From contig JAZLHE010000044.1 in the NCBI GenBank assembly GCA_045616665.1, positions 1,944-65,943 of the forward strand: a stretch of 64,000 nucleotides of DNA, written 5' to 3'. Position numbers and translations under genes: made by a program. Below, one piece after another: positions 47,286 to 56,090 of this stretch. The DNA comes from Bacteroidales bacterium. GTDB lineage: Bacteria; Bacteroidota; Bacteroidia; Bacteroidales; WCHB1-69. Position 1 is the first letter of the stretch. The number at the start of each line of letters is the position of its first letter. A model generated the notes under the pieces. It was given only the letters and a program-made list of their open reading frames with translations. It had not been told where the DNA came from and ran no database searches.

Positions 47286-47307
47286 TAAAAAAATAGATGT
47301 CGTGTCT

Positions 47308-49491
47308 ATGAAAAATATTGTATTAACGATTTTCCTGCTAATTCCTTTCTTGCTGTGGGCTCAGTACCGTAGTTGGGACGGGGTGCGTCTTTCACCTCAA
47401 TCCAAAATCCATAGTCTTAATGTCTTTATTAATGTTATTTATGATGTAAATCCGGATAAGAATGTTTTTGCCAATGAAGATTATTGGCCTCGCGTGGTTG
47501 ATCCGTATCTTGCAGGTGTTAACAATACGGCTATTCCAAATTACCTGCTGGACTGGATGGATTTAACCTATAATTCTAAGCGCTTGCACGGAACTTGCAC
47601 GCGGATTTATGGGGAATCGTCGTTTGACAATCTTCAAGTCACGGGTGATTTTATCGTGGTCAACGTCCGGGAGAGTGCCGTTTTACAGAAAGGATTTTTT
47701 TCGGAGGCCAATGTGGTTAGGGCGGCTTTTGATATGATTAGTCGTGATGGTTTCCATACGGTGTATGGGGATGACAATATTGAGAATTTCGATGCCAATC
47801 ACGATCATCGTTTGGATTATGTCAATGTGATGATTCGGAATATCACCCGTGCGTATGGTGGCGATAATCCGGGAAGTGGTGTGAGTGGTTGCGTGGGAAC
47901 CTTGTCGATTAATGGGGAAAATTACTTGTGCGAAGCCGGTACCACGCAGTGTGTGGGCGATGGCGACTTCTTTGCCAATCCCAGCAGTATTGTAATTCAC
48001 GAGATTTCGCACGCACTTTTTGGCGGCAATAATTTCCATACGTCAGGCGGCAATCATCGTGGTTCTCGAGAAACGATGGCCTTTTTAAATATTCAAAGCG
48101 GTTATGGGTTGATGGGTGCAGCGGGCTCCGGTCTGGTGAGCTGCAACGGCTACGAACGCTGGCGAATGCATTGGAAACATCCGCAATCTGTTGATTATAT
48201 TGCGGCTTTGGATGCGCAAACTTCCGTTTCCGTGCCGTCGGACGTCTCGATGGATGACGGGCCAGTGGCTTTTGTTTTGCGCGACTTCGTGACGTATGGG
48301 GATGCCATACGCATCAAATTGCCCTATAAGGATGCGGAGAGTTCTGAAAATCAATATATCTGGTTGGAAAATCATCAGGTGGGGAAAAACCGAAAGCTGG
48401 ATTATTTGCAATTTTCCAATACCTATTCTTGTCGTCCTTGTGGTGCGCCTGGAATTTATGCCTACTATCAGGTGGGTAGGGATGTTTTGGAAGGAGACTA
48501 TAAGGAAGTTTGGGACAATAACAGTCGTGATAATTTGAAAGTCATTCCTGCCGAGGGCTATTATGATTACGAATTTGTTCCGGAAAGCCATAATCTGGAA
48601 TGTGTGAGTTATCAAACACACGACTATGCCCTTCGTAGAGGGGATGCCAATGCCTTTTGCGGCGGACAAGACCAGGAAAGCCAATTTTTTCCGAAGGAAA
48701 ACGACACCGTGTTGTATGTGAATCGTGAGATGGCAATGTGGCGAAAATTGATGGGGCGGCGTATCGACGACCATCTTCCTTCCTTAGGTGATGAGTTGGA
48801 TGCTTTTGGCTCTTACGCGAAGATCAATATGGGGACGAATCCAAGTACTTGCAACACTAAAACGTATCATAGCCAGAATGGTTCGGGAAACCCTGCTAAA
48901 ATTATGGCCGCCAAGTCGGAAATGAATACGCGAACTACTTATTTGACCGGTTTGGGAATCGAGATGATTCGACAAAAAAAGAATAATGTCCTGGTTAAGA
49001 TTCGTTGGGATGATTATGAAATTGTCAATGATGGCCGCTGGACAGGAAGGATTGTCTTGAAGGATACTGCCATTTTGACGGCTTCCCATACGATTACCCT
49101 GGCGCAGAATCGGACGGTGAGTTTGCCGTATCGAAATCCGGAAACGGGTTTGTTTGCCGAAAGAACGCTGTGGGTTTGTGAGTCGGGTTCCTATTTTCGA
49201 CAGGACAGTGCTTCCACTCTTTCGCTGACGGAGAATAGTTCTTTGCAATTGCAAGCGGGCAGCAGATTTGAACAAACGCCAACCGCTGCTTTGCATTTGC
49301 AGTCCAATTGTAAGGTGTTGGTTGAGGAAGGAGCAATATTTGTGGTAGAGGGCATTTTGGAAATTGAGGAAAATGCCGTCGTCGTGGTTCAGGGAACGTT
49401 GGTTTTGGGAGCTTCTTCGAAGTTGGTTGTGCATCCTGGCGCTCAATTGATTACGGATGGGGGAGAGGTAAGAAAAATCGCGATCCCGTAA
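47308..49491 (+). CDS. Secreted putative zinc metalloprotease (HExxH) of unrecognised family
   Basis: Start at MKNIVLTIFLLIPFLLWAQ (signal peptide). SIVIHEISHALFGGNNFH motif. The C-terminal third looks like beta-helix repeats. Confidence 0.5.
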   Translation: MKNIVLTIFLLIPFLLWAQYRSWDGVRLSPQSKIHSLNVFINVIYDVNPDKNVFANEDYWPRVVDPYLAGVNNTAIPNYLLDWMDLTYNSKRLHGTCTRIYGESSFDNLQVTGDFIVVNVRESAVLQKGFFSEANVVRAAFDMISRDGFHTVYGDDNIENFDANHDHRLDYVNVMIRNITRAYGGDNPGSGVSGCVGTLSINGENYLCEAGTTQCVGDGDFFANPSSIVIHEISHALFGGNNFHTSGGNHRGSRETMAFLNIQSGYGLMGAAGSGLVSCNGYERWRMHWKHPQSVDYIAALDAQTSVSVPSDVSMDDGPVAFVLRDFVTYGDAIRIKLPYKDAESSENQYIWLENHQVGKNRKLDYLQFSNTYSCRPCGAPGIYAYYQVGRDVLEGDYKEVWDNNSRDNLKVIPAEGYYDYEFVPESHNLECVSYQTHDYALRRGDANAFCGGQDQESQFFPKENDTVLYVNREMAMWRKLMGRRIDDHLPSLGDELDAFGSYAKINMGTNPSTCNTKTYHSQNGSGNPAKIMAAKSEMNTRTTYLTGLGIEMIRQKKNNVLVKIRWDDYEIVNDGRWTGRIVLKDTAILTASHTITLAQNRTVSLPYRNPETGLFAERTLWVCESGSYFRQDSASTLSLTENSSLQLQAGSRFEQTPTAALHLQSNCKVLVEEGAIFVVEGILEIEENAVVVVQGTLVLGASSKLVVHPGAQLITDGGEVRKIAIP

Positions 49492-49551
49492 TGCTATTGT
49501 GTTTTCGTTTTGATAGGATGACGTAAGAAAGTCGTATGTTTGCGTTTATAC

Positions 49552-49581
49552 AAAAAGGCTCCGGTTTTCCGGAGCCTTTTT
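49552..49581. terminator. Bidirectional terminator between the HExxH gene and hutH
   Basis: aaaaaggctccgg-tttt-ccggagccttttt perfect palindrome. Confidence 0.7.
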
Positions 49582-49599
49582 CAGAAATATCAATGTAAA

Positions 49600-51096
49600 T
49601 TATTGAAGGTCGATTTCAATTCCTTGGATAAATTCCTGGGCTTTCACCATCAATTCGTGCATATATCGGTCGTTTTCGACAAATGGAACGGTTTTGCGGA
49701 AACTGGCGACGAAATCTTCAATGAAAGGAGAAGATTTCAACGGTCTTCGGAATTCGAAAGCTTGGGCGGCGTTGAACAGTTCAATGGCCAGGATTTTTTC
49801 CACGTTGTTCATTACCAAATAGCACTTGGTGGCAGCGTTGGCACCCATACTAACGTGGTCTTCTTGACCTTGTGATGATTCAACGGAGTCGGTTGAGCAC
49901 GGCATCGTGAAGGCCTTGTTTTGGTTTACGATAGAGGCGGCCGTGTATTGAGGAATCATAAATCCGGAATTCAGTCCTGGATTCTTTACCAAGAAGGAAG
50001 GGAGTTCGCGTTTGCCGGAAATCAATTGGTAGATACGACGTTCGGAGATGTTGCCCAATTCGGCCATCGCCATCGTGAGGAAGTCCAAAACCAATGCCAA
50101 CGGTTGTCCGTGGAAGTTGCCGGCAGAAATGATGAGGTCTTCGTCTGGAAATACGGTTGGATTGTCGGTAACGGAGTTGATTTCGGTTTCAACGACATCT
50201 CTAACGTGCTGGATTGAATCCTTGGAAGCACCGTGAACCTGCGGCATACAGCGGAATGAATAAGGATCCTGAACGTGTTTCTTTTCGCGTTTGATGATTT
50301 CGGAACCTTCCAACATATTGCTGATATGCGTAGCGGTAAGGATTTGTCCAAGATGAGGTCTAACCAAGTGTACATTTAAGTTGAAAGGTTCGATGCGGCC
50401 GTCGAAAGCTTCCAGAGAAACGGTGCCGATGATGTCGGCCAACCAAGAAAGTTTTTCAGCCTTCATCAACAACCAAACGGCATAACTGCTCATAAACTGT
50501 GTGCCATTCAGCAGGGCCAAACCTTCTTTGGACTTGAGGGTGATGGGTTTCCAACCGAATTTCTTGTTGATTTCTTCGGCAGCGTATTTTTTGCCGCGAT
50601 AATAAACTTCACCCATTCCAATTAAAGGTAGTGACAAGTGTGCCAATGGAGCCAAGTCGCCGGAAGCTCCCAACGAACCTTGCTGATAAACAACGGGATA
50701 TACGCCATTGTTGAAGAAGTCGATCAATCTTTGAATGGTAACCAGTTGTGCGCCTGAATGACCGTAAGACAAGGACTGAACTTTGAGCAGAAGCATAATT
50801 CTGACGATTTCTTGAGGAACTTCTTCTCCAAAACCGCAAGCGTGTGAAAGAACGAGGTTGCGTTGCAGGGTGGATAAGTCTTCGCTTGAAATGCTCTTGT
50901 TGCATAAAGAACCGAAACCCGTGGTTACGCCGTAAACGGGAACCTTGCTGTTTTTCATCTTTTCATCGAGGTAGTTGCGGCATTTTTCAATGGCCGCAGT
51001 GGCTTCGTCTGAAAGTTCCAATTTGATTTTTTTGTCCAGAATTTTCTTGATAATGTCAAGACTGATTAACTCTGATGAAATCTGATGTTTTTTCAT
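49600..51096 (-). CDS. hutH: Histidine ammonia-lyase
   Basis: 498 aa. MIO-forming GSLGASGDLAPL motif. Confidence 0.93.
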   Translation of the reverse strand: MKKHQISSELISLDIIKKILDKKIKLELSDEATAAIEKCRNYLDEKMKNSKVPVYGVTTGFGSLCNKSISSEDLSTLQRNLVLSHACGFGEEVPQEIVRIMLLLKVQSLSYGHSGAQLVTIQRLIDFFNNGVYPVVYQQGSLGASGDLAPLAHLSLPLIGMGEVYYRGKKYAAEEINKKFGWKPITLKSKEGLALLNGTQFMSSYAVWLLMKAEKLSWLADIIGTVSLEAFDGRIEPFNLNVHLVRPHLGQILTATHISNMLEGSEIIKREKKHVQDPYSFRCMPQVHGASKDSIQHVRDVVETEINSVTDNPTVFPDEDLIISAGNFHGQPLALVLDFLTMAMAELGNISERRIYQLISGKRELPSFLVKNPGLNSGFMIPQYTAASIVNQNKAFTMPCSTDSVESSQGQEDHVSMGANAATKCYLVMNNVEKILAIELFNAAQAFEFRRPLKSSPFIEDFVASFRKTVPFVENDRYMHELMVKAQEFIQGIEIDLQ

Positions 51097-51128
51097 TGTA
51101 TATATTTTTTGATAATTATTTTCGCTTG

Positions 51129-51136
51129 CAAAGATA
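51129..51136 (-). promoter_or_regulatory. -7 box (TATCTTTG on minus strand) for hutH
   Basis: The reverse complement of caaagata matches TAnnTTTG. Confidence 0.45.
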
Positions 51137-51252
51137 ATATTTTTTCGTCCCCAATATGCCGAAATTATTGACTTTTTTTGAAATTTGCAAAAAATAATGG
51201 ATTTTTTTTGTCTTTTTTTTCATTAAAACGCTTGTTATTTAAAAAATATGCT

Positions 51253-51260
51253 TATTTTTG
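51253..51260 (+). promoter_or_regulatory. -7 box TATTTTTG for the four-helix-bundle gene
   Basis: Matches TAnnTTTG, 30 nt upstream of the ATG. Confidence 0.45.
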
Positions 51261-51289
51261 TCAAATAATTTTAACGAAAACAAAACGAC

Positions 51290-51733
51290 ATGAGTGAACA
51301 GGAAAATCAGGTAAGTTTCTTTAGATTTGAGGATCTGAGAATTTACGACAAGGCTATGGACTATATCAGCTGGCTGTATAGCACTACTTCAACTTTCTCT
51401 TCGGAAAACAAAGAATGTGTTGTTGATATGTTTTTGAAGGCATCGCATTCTATTGCGTTGCATTTGGCAGAAGGTTCGTCACGCAACAAGGCCCAGTTTG
51501 TCTATTTTCTGAAAATGGCAAAAAGTTCCGTTAGGGAATGTGTTGTCTATACGGAAATTGCTTTTAAGGTCGGTTTGATGAACGACGATCATCGCGAATA
51601 TTCGAGAACCCAATTAATGGAGTTGACCAAGATGATTGGTTCGTTGATTGCTTCTTTGCAACGCAACAATGCTCGAACGGCTCATAGTGGTGATTATGAA
51701 GATATGGGTGAGAATGACAATGATATTATGTAA
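51290..51733 (+). CDS. Four-helix bundle protein (23S rRNA intervening-sequence protein family)
   Basis: FRFEDLRIYDKAMDY...ASHSIALHLAEGSSR...FLKMAKSSVRE matches the pattern of that family. Confidence 0.7.
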   Translation: MSEQENQVSFFRFEDLRIYDKAMDYISWLYSTTSTFSSENKECVVDMFLKASHSIALHLAEGSSRNKAQFVYFLKMAKSSVRECVVYTEIAFKVGLMNDDHREYSRTQLMELTKMIGSLIASLQRNNARTAHSGDYEDMGENDNDIM

Positions 51734-51769
51734 TGTTTAATTACATAAGTCTTTTTCTCATTCTGTCTT

Positions 51770-52951
51770 TTATTTTCTGAAAATTTCTGTTGCACGGTGA
51801 AAAATTCCTGTGCAATAAGAAATTGTCATTCCATAATTGCTTACGGGGATTCCTTGTTCTATAATAGTTTTGATTCTGTTGGAAAGTTGTTTTTTGCTTA
51901 CCATACATCCGCCGCATTGGATAGCCATTTTGATGTTGTCCAATGGCGGAAGTGGCGACAATGCCGATACAAATTCAAATTGGAGTTGTTTTTTTGTGAA
52001 TTTTTGTATGAGTTTAGGCAATTTCTTTCTTCCAATGTCCTCGCAAGAAGAAATATGGGTGCAGGATTCCAGGATAAGAACGGTGTCGCCGTCTTGAAGT
52101 TGTTCAAGAAATGATGTTCCTTTGAGATAGTTTTCAAAATTGCCTTTGGATCGTGCCAAAACGATGCTGAAACCTGTCAATGGAATGTCGGTTGGTACAA
52201 CAGCTTCGACTTCCGCAAATACTTGGCTGTCGGTGATGATTAGGTTGGGTTGGTGGTGTTCGAGATAGCCGGCCAGTTCATTTGGCTGTAGGCAAACGGC
52301 TACGGCGTGGTTGTCCAGAATGTTGCGGATGACTTGCACCTGCGGCAGAATGAGTCTGCCTTCTGGGGCTTCCGAATCCTGCGGCATCACCAGCACGATG
52401 GTTTCGCCGGCGTGGATGAGGTCGTCTAATAGAATTTCTTTGTGGTATGCCGATTCGGGAATGATTTTGGCAAGTTCTTTAACCAGTTTGTCAATGCCTT
52501 GCTTTTGTTGCGCGCCGCAGTCGATAATGGGCATTCCGTAACTTTCCAATGCGGTTTTGGAGCTTTCACGCAAAGGTTGAATATCAGATTTGTTATGTGC
52601 GATGACAAAGGGAACGTCAAATTTCTTGAGCTGACGGATGATGTCCTTTTCGGCATCATCCCATTCGTTATGGCTGATGACTAAGATGGCGGCATCAATG
52701 GTTTGAAGGGTTTCGATAGTTTTGGCCACTCGTTTCTCTCCGACTTCGCCTTGGTCGTCCAGTCCGGCGGTGTCAATCAGCACGCAGGGACCGATGCCGA
52801 AAATCTCAATGCTTTTCTTGACGGGGTCGGTCGTGGTGCCGGGCGTGTCCGACACAATGGCAATTTCTTGTCCTGCAATCGCATTAATCAGTGCACTTTT
52901 CCCTTGGTTTCGTTTCCCGAAAATGCCGATGAATATTTTGTTGCCTGCCAT
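51770..52951 (-). CDS. hydF: [FeFe]-hydrogenase H-cluster maturation GTPase
   Basis: G1 GKRNQGKS, DTAG, NKSD. C-terminal Fe-S ligands CTH...C and CGGC. Confidence 0.85.
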   Translation of the reverse strand: MAGNKIFIGIFGKRNQGKSALINAIAGQEIAIVSDTPGTTTDPVKKSIEIFGIGPCVLIDTAGLDDQGEVGEKRVAKTIETLQTIDAAILVISHNEWDDAEKDIIRQLKKFDVPFVIAHNKSDIQPLRESSKTALESYGMPIIDCGAQQKQGIDKLVKELAKIIPESAYHKEILLDDLIHAGETIVLVMPQDSEAPEGRLILPQVQVIRNILDNHAVAVCLQPNELAGYLEHHQPNLIITDSQVFAEVEAVVPTDIPLTGFSIVLARSKGNFENYLKGTSFLEQLQDGDTVLILESCTHISSCEDIGRKKLPKLIQKFTKKQLQFEFVSALSPLPPLDNIKMAIQCGGCMVSKKQLSNRIKTIIEQGIPVSNYGMTISYCTGIFHRATEIFRK

Positions 52952-52992
52952 ATCCCTGGTTTAGTTGTTTATATGTTTAGTTGTTTATATGT

Positions 52993-54555
52993 TTAGTTGT
53001 TTTCTGTGTCAATTATCTCCATAGCGGTTTTGAGGCCGTCGAGGGCGGCACTGACGATGCCTCCCGCGTAGCCCGCGCCTTCGCCCACGGGATAGATGCC
53101 TTTGATGTTGCATTGTCGTTTTTCATCACGCAAAATCCGTACCGGCGACGACGACCTGCTTTCAATGCCGGTCATCACGGCGTCCGGGTCGTTGAAGCCG
53201 TGCATCTTCTTGTCCAGAAGAGGCAGTGCTTCCCGTAATGATTGCGTTACGTAGGCGGGAAGACAGCGTTCCAACTCGCAAAAAACGACTCCGTGAGGGT
53301 AGGAGGGGTTGACGCTTCGTGCCTGTGTTGCCACTTTTTTCCTCAAAAATTCGCCCACCAAGTTGGCGGGAGCCCGGTAGTCGCCAGCAATTTGAAATGC
53401 CTTTCGTTCGTAATCTTCTTGAAATTTCAGTCCATCCAAAGGATTGTCAACGAAAAAGTCTTCAGGATTGATACCCACGAGCAAGGCACTGTTGGCATTG
53501 GCTTTGTCGCGTTTTTTCTCGCTCATTCCGTTGGTGACGATGCTTTCCTTTTCGCTGGCGGAAGCCATCACGGTGCCGCCCGGGCACATACAGAAGGTAT
53601 AGACGCTGCGATTGGCCAAATGGACTACGCCGCGGTAGGAGGCGGCGGGCAGGAAACGGGCGCTTTTGCCGTATTGCATTTGGTTGATCTTGCTTTGCAG
53701 ATGTTCGATGCGAACGCCAATGGAGAATGCTTTGGGTTCCATCTTTAGTCCCTTGTTATACAAATGTCTGATGGTGTCGCGAGCCGAATGTCCCAGACAA
53801 AGCAGCAAATGTTCTGTCTGAAGGATTATTCCGCCATCGCAAAAGACACTGATGACATTGCCTTCTGTGGAAAAGTCGGTGAACCGGCAGTTGAAGTGAA
53901 ATTCGCCGCCCAGACTGATGATTTCTTCACGGATGTTGCGAACTACTTTTTCAAGATAGTCGGTGCCTACGTGCGGATTGGCGGAGTAGCATACATCTTC
54001 TGTGGCGCCGTGTTTATAAAATTCATCAAGAATAAATTGGATGAATTCGTCGTTGACGTTGGTGGAAAGCTTGCCGTCAGAAAAAGTGCCGGCACCGCCT
54101 TCTCCAAACTGGATGTTGGAGTTCTCGTTGAGTTTTTTGTCGGTCAGAAAGTCGGCCACGTCTTTTTTGCGTTGTTCGATACTGCCGCCTCGCTCAATGA
54201 TGATGGGGCGGGCGTGGCAGCGTGCCAAATAGAGGGCCGCAAACATTCCGGCGGGACCGAAACCCACCACGACGGGCTGGTGCGGAAAATTCCACTCTTC
54301 ATATCGCATTTCTTTTTTGGGCTTAAAAAGGCTGACATTGTCGAATTGCAGCAAATCCTCATTTTCATTTTTTAAATGAAGATAAATTTGATAAAGATAG
54401 AAAACGTGGTCTTTCTTGCGTGCGTCGATAGATTGTCTCAGAATCTTAAAATCCACGATATCTTCCATCGCGATATTATACTCTTTCGTCACCCTTGATT
54501 TCAGGTCAACTTTCTGTTCAACAGGTATCTTGATGTTTGAAATCTTAATTTTCAT
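52993..54555 (-). CDS. FAD-dependent oxidoreductase (COG2509-like)
   Basis: 520 aa. GFGPAGMFAA dinucleotide motif and C-terminal GEGAGYAGGI. Confidence 0.7.
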   Translation of the reverse strand: MKIKISNIKIPVEQKVDLKSRVTKEYNIAMEDIVDFKILRQSIDARKKDHVFYLYQIYLHLKNENEDLLQFDNVSLFKPKKEMRYEEWNFPHQPVVVGFGPAGMFAALYLARCHARPIIIERGGSIEQRKKDVADFLTDKKLNENSNIQFGEGGAGTFSDGKLSTNVNDEFIQFILDEFYKHGATEDVCYSANPHVGTDYLEKVVRNIREEIISLGGEFHFNCRFTDFSTEGNVISVFCDGGIILQTEHLLLCLGHSARDTIRHLYNKGLKMEPKAFSIGVRIEHLQSKINQMQYGKSARFLPAASYRGVVHLANRSVYTFCMCPGGTVMASASEKESIVTNGMSEKKRDKANANSALLVGINPEDFFVDNPLDGLKFQEDYERKAFQIAGDYRAPANLVGEFLRKKVATQARSVNPSYPHGVVFCELERCLPAYVTQSLREALPLLDKKMHGFNDPDAVMTGIESRSSSPVRILRDEKRQCNIKGIYPVGEGAGYAGGIVSAALDGLKTAMEIIDTENN

Positions 54556-54734
54556 ACCGAAACAATCCGAATGCGATTTTGTCGGTGCAAAAATACAAAA
54601 TTTATGCTCATAACTGAAACTTTTGCTTGCCTGCCGATCTCGTCATAGTTTGATTTTTTTTTTAGGGCGTTCCGGCGCCCTGCGGTCGCCGTCGGGCTTT
54701 CCGCACTAACTTCGGGCTCGTTCCTCGCCCTCGT

Positions 54735-54827
54735 AAATGTGCTCCAATCCCTAACGCAAAGAAGGGGATAGGTGCATACGATATTATTACGGTTTTCTCG
54801 TAGGAACGGCGTACACACCGTTCCTAC
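54735..54827 (+). repeat. Intergenic repeat element, copy 1 (33-bp box + 10-bp-stem hairpin)
   Basis: aaatgtgctccaatccctaacgcaaagaagggg (54735-54767), then the hairpin gtaggaacgg-cgtacaca-ccgttcctac (54800-54827). Confidence 0.8.
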
Positions 54828-54848
54828 AAAGAAGGCCGTTTGTATCAT

Positions 54849-55136
54849 TCAAACCTTTCTTTTCGGATTCTTGGGAAACCAGCCGCGCTGCACGCGTTTG
54901 CGCTGATGAAAAAGCTCGAGAATGCTCCACAACCACGAGCAGCCAACGACGCCTGCGAGAGTGCTGATAACGGGGTTGGCGACAAACAGTGACGCGCCGA
55001 TGAATGCTAGTCCCAAAATTAGAAACACCCACCAAACCTTCACGCCGAAGTGATACTCGGATTTGATGACGATGGGGTGGAAAATGCCAATGATAATGAA
55101 GGTGGCGATGGCGGTGATGAGACCGATGAAATTCAT
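54849..55136 (-). CDS. Small integral membrane protein (DUF4491-like)
   Basis: 95 aa with three predicted TM helices. The family name is from memory only. Confidence 0.5.
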   Translation of the reverse strand: MNFIGLITAIATFIIIGIFHPIVIKSEYHFGVKVWWVFLILGLAFIGASLFVANPVISTLAGVVGCSWLWSILELFHQRKRVQRGWFPKNPKRKV

Positions 55137-55203
55137 GTGCTTTTAATGGTTGTTATAACTGATAAAAAATGTCAAAGGACAAAAAACATTTTAGTTATCT
55201 TCA

Positions 55204-55914
55204 TTAAACGGTTCCTTTCAAATAGGCCTTTCGTTCTTCTTCGGGGAATTTTTCAATGGCGTATCGCAGCATTGTGCGCGGCATCGTCTGGTAGCGCGTG
55301 GACAAAAACTTCCGGAGTCGTGCGGAATCTTGCTTGTAAGTTTCGCGCAGCAGCCAGCCAACAGCTTTCTGGATGAGGTCGTGCGGGTGGTGCAGCAGGA
55401 TGTCGGCGATGGCAAAGCTGTCGTCCAGTTGACCGTGACGCACGAACTGCATTGTGCTGACGATGGCGATGCGCTGTTCCCAAATGCTTCTGCCGTGTTT
55501 GGCAAACTGATAAAGCAAGGTCCGGTCTTTGTCCAGCAACCAGGTTCCTAAAATCTCATAGCAGCTCAAATCCACCAGATCCCAGTTGTTGATGCACGCG
55601 GTATGAGACAAATAGAAATCCACGCACTGCTGTTGCATTTCTGGAGAACGCTTTGCTTTGTGAAAAATCTTCACCAGCGTGAGCAGTGCGGCCAAGCGCA
55701 CTTCGTGATATTCCGACGCGATGCACGCTTTGAGGTCATCAAAAGTGACGTTCTGCCATTCTTGTTTGACGACGGCGCGGGTTATAGGCACTTTGATGCC
55801 CAAAAACAGATCGCCTTCTCCGTATTGTCCTTTTCCGGTTTTGAAAAAGCGGGACAGATTCGCCACTTGCGATTCGTCTTGCTGTGCCATTATGGCTTGT
55901 AACAGTCTGTTCAT
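55204..55914 (-). CDS. DNA alkylation repair protein (AlkD/AlkC-like HEAT-repeat glycosylase family)
   Basis: 236 aa. LSRFFKTGKGQYGEGDLFLGIKVP and NNWDLVD motifs typical of this family. Confidence 0.8.
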   Translation of the reverse strand: MNRLLQAIMAQQDESQVANLSRFFKTGKGQYGEGDLFLGIKVPITRAVVKQEWQNVTFDDLKACIASEYHEVRLAALLTLVKIFHKAKRSPEMQQQCVDFYLSHTACINNWDLVDLSCYEILGTWLLDKDRTLLYQFAKHGRSIWEQRIAIVSTMQFVRHGQLDDSFAIADILLHHPHDLIQKAVGWLLRETYKQDSARLRKFLSTRYQTMPRTMLRYAIEKFPEEERKAYLKGTV

Positions 55915-55990
55915 TTGTTATTTGAATATTTGTGACGTGTGGTTTTGGTATTCACTTTGGTGATGGTGTCTTGCTTGGCGAAGTTGCTTA

Positions 55991-56065
55991 AAATGTGCTC
56001 CAATCTCTAATGCGAAGAAAGGACCCCAAATTGTTGTAGAGACGTTGCACGCAATATGCTTCGAC
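55991..56065 (+). repeat. Intergenic repeat element, copy 2 (box + degenerate GTAGAGACGT hairpin remnant)
   Basis: aaatgtgctccaatctctaatgcgaagaaagg differs from copy 1 at about 4 positions. It is followed by gtagagacgttgcacgcaatatgcttcgac. Confidence 0.75.
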
Positions 56066-56090
56066 AATTTTTTCATCTTGCCGACAATAA

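Noticed and set aside
47149-47307. N-terminal extensions offered by the ORF track (here, and at 26025, 21015, 16057, 58004, 41544, 43168, 40234, 24316 and 62629)
   Set aside because: In each case an internal ATG gives a canonical family N-terminus or signal peptide and is preceded by a TAnnTTTG box lying inside the extension. Alternatively, the extension overlaps the upstream gene.
54552-55035. ORFs of 98 aa and 82 aa crossing the GC-rich intergenic repeat element
   Set aside because: They read through the repeat box and hairpin and overlap the DUF4491-like gene in another frame. They have no start context and are a composition-driven artefact.
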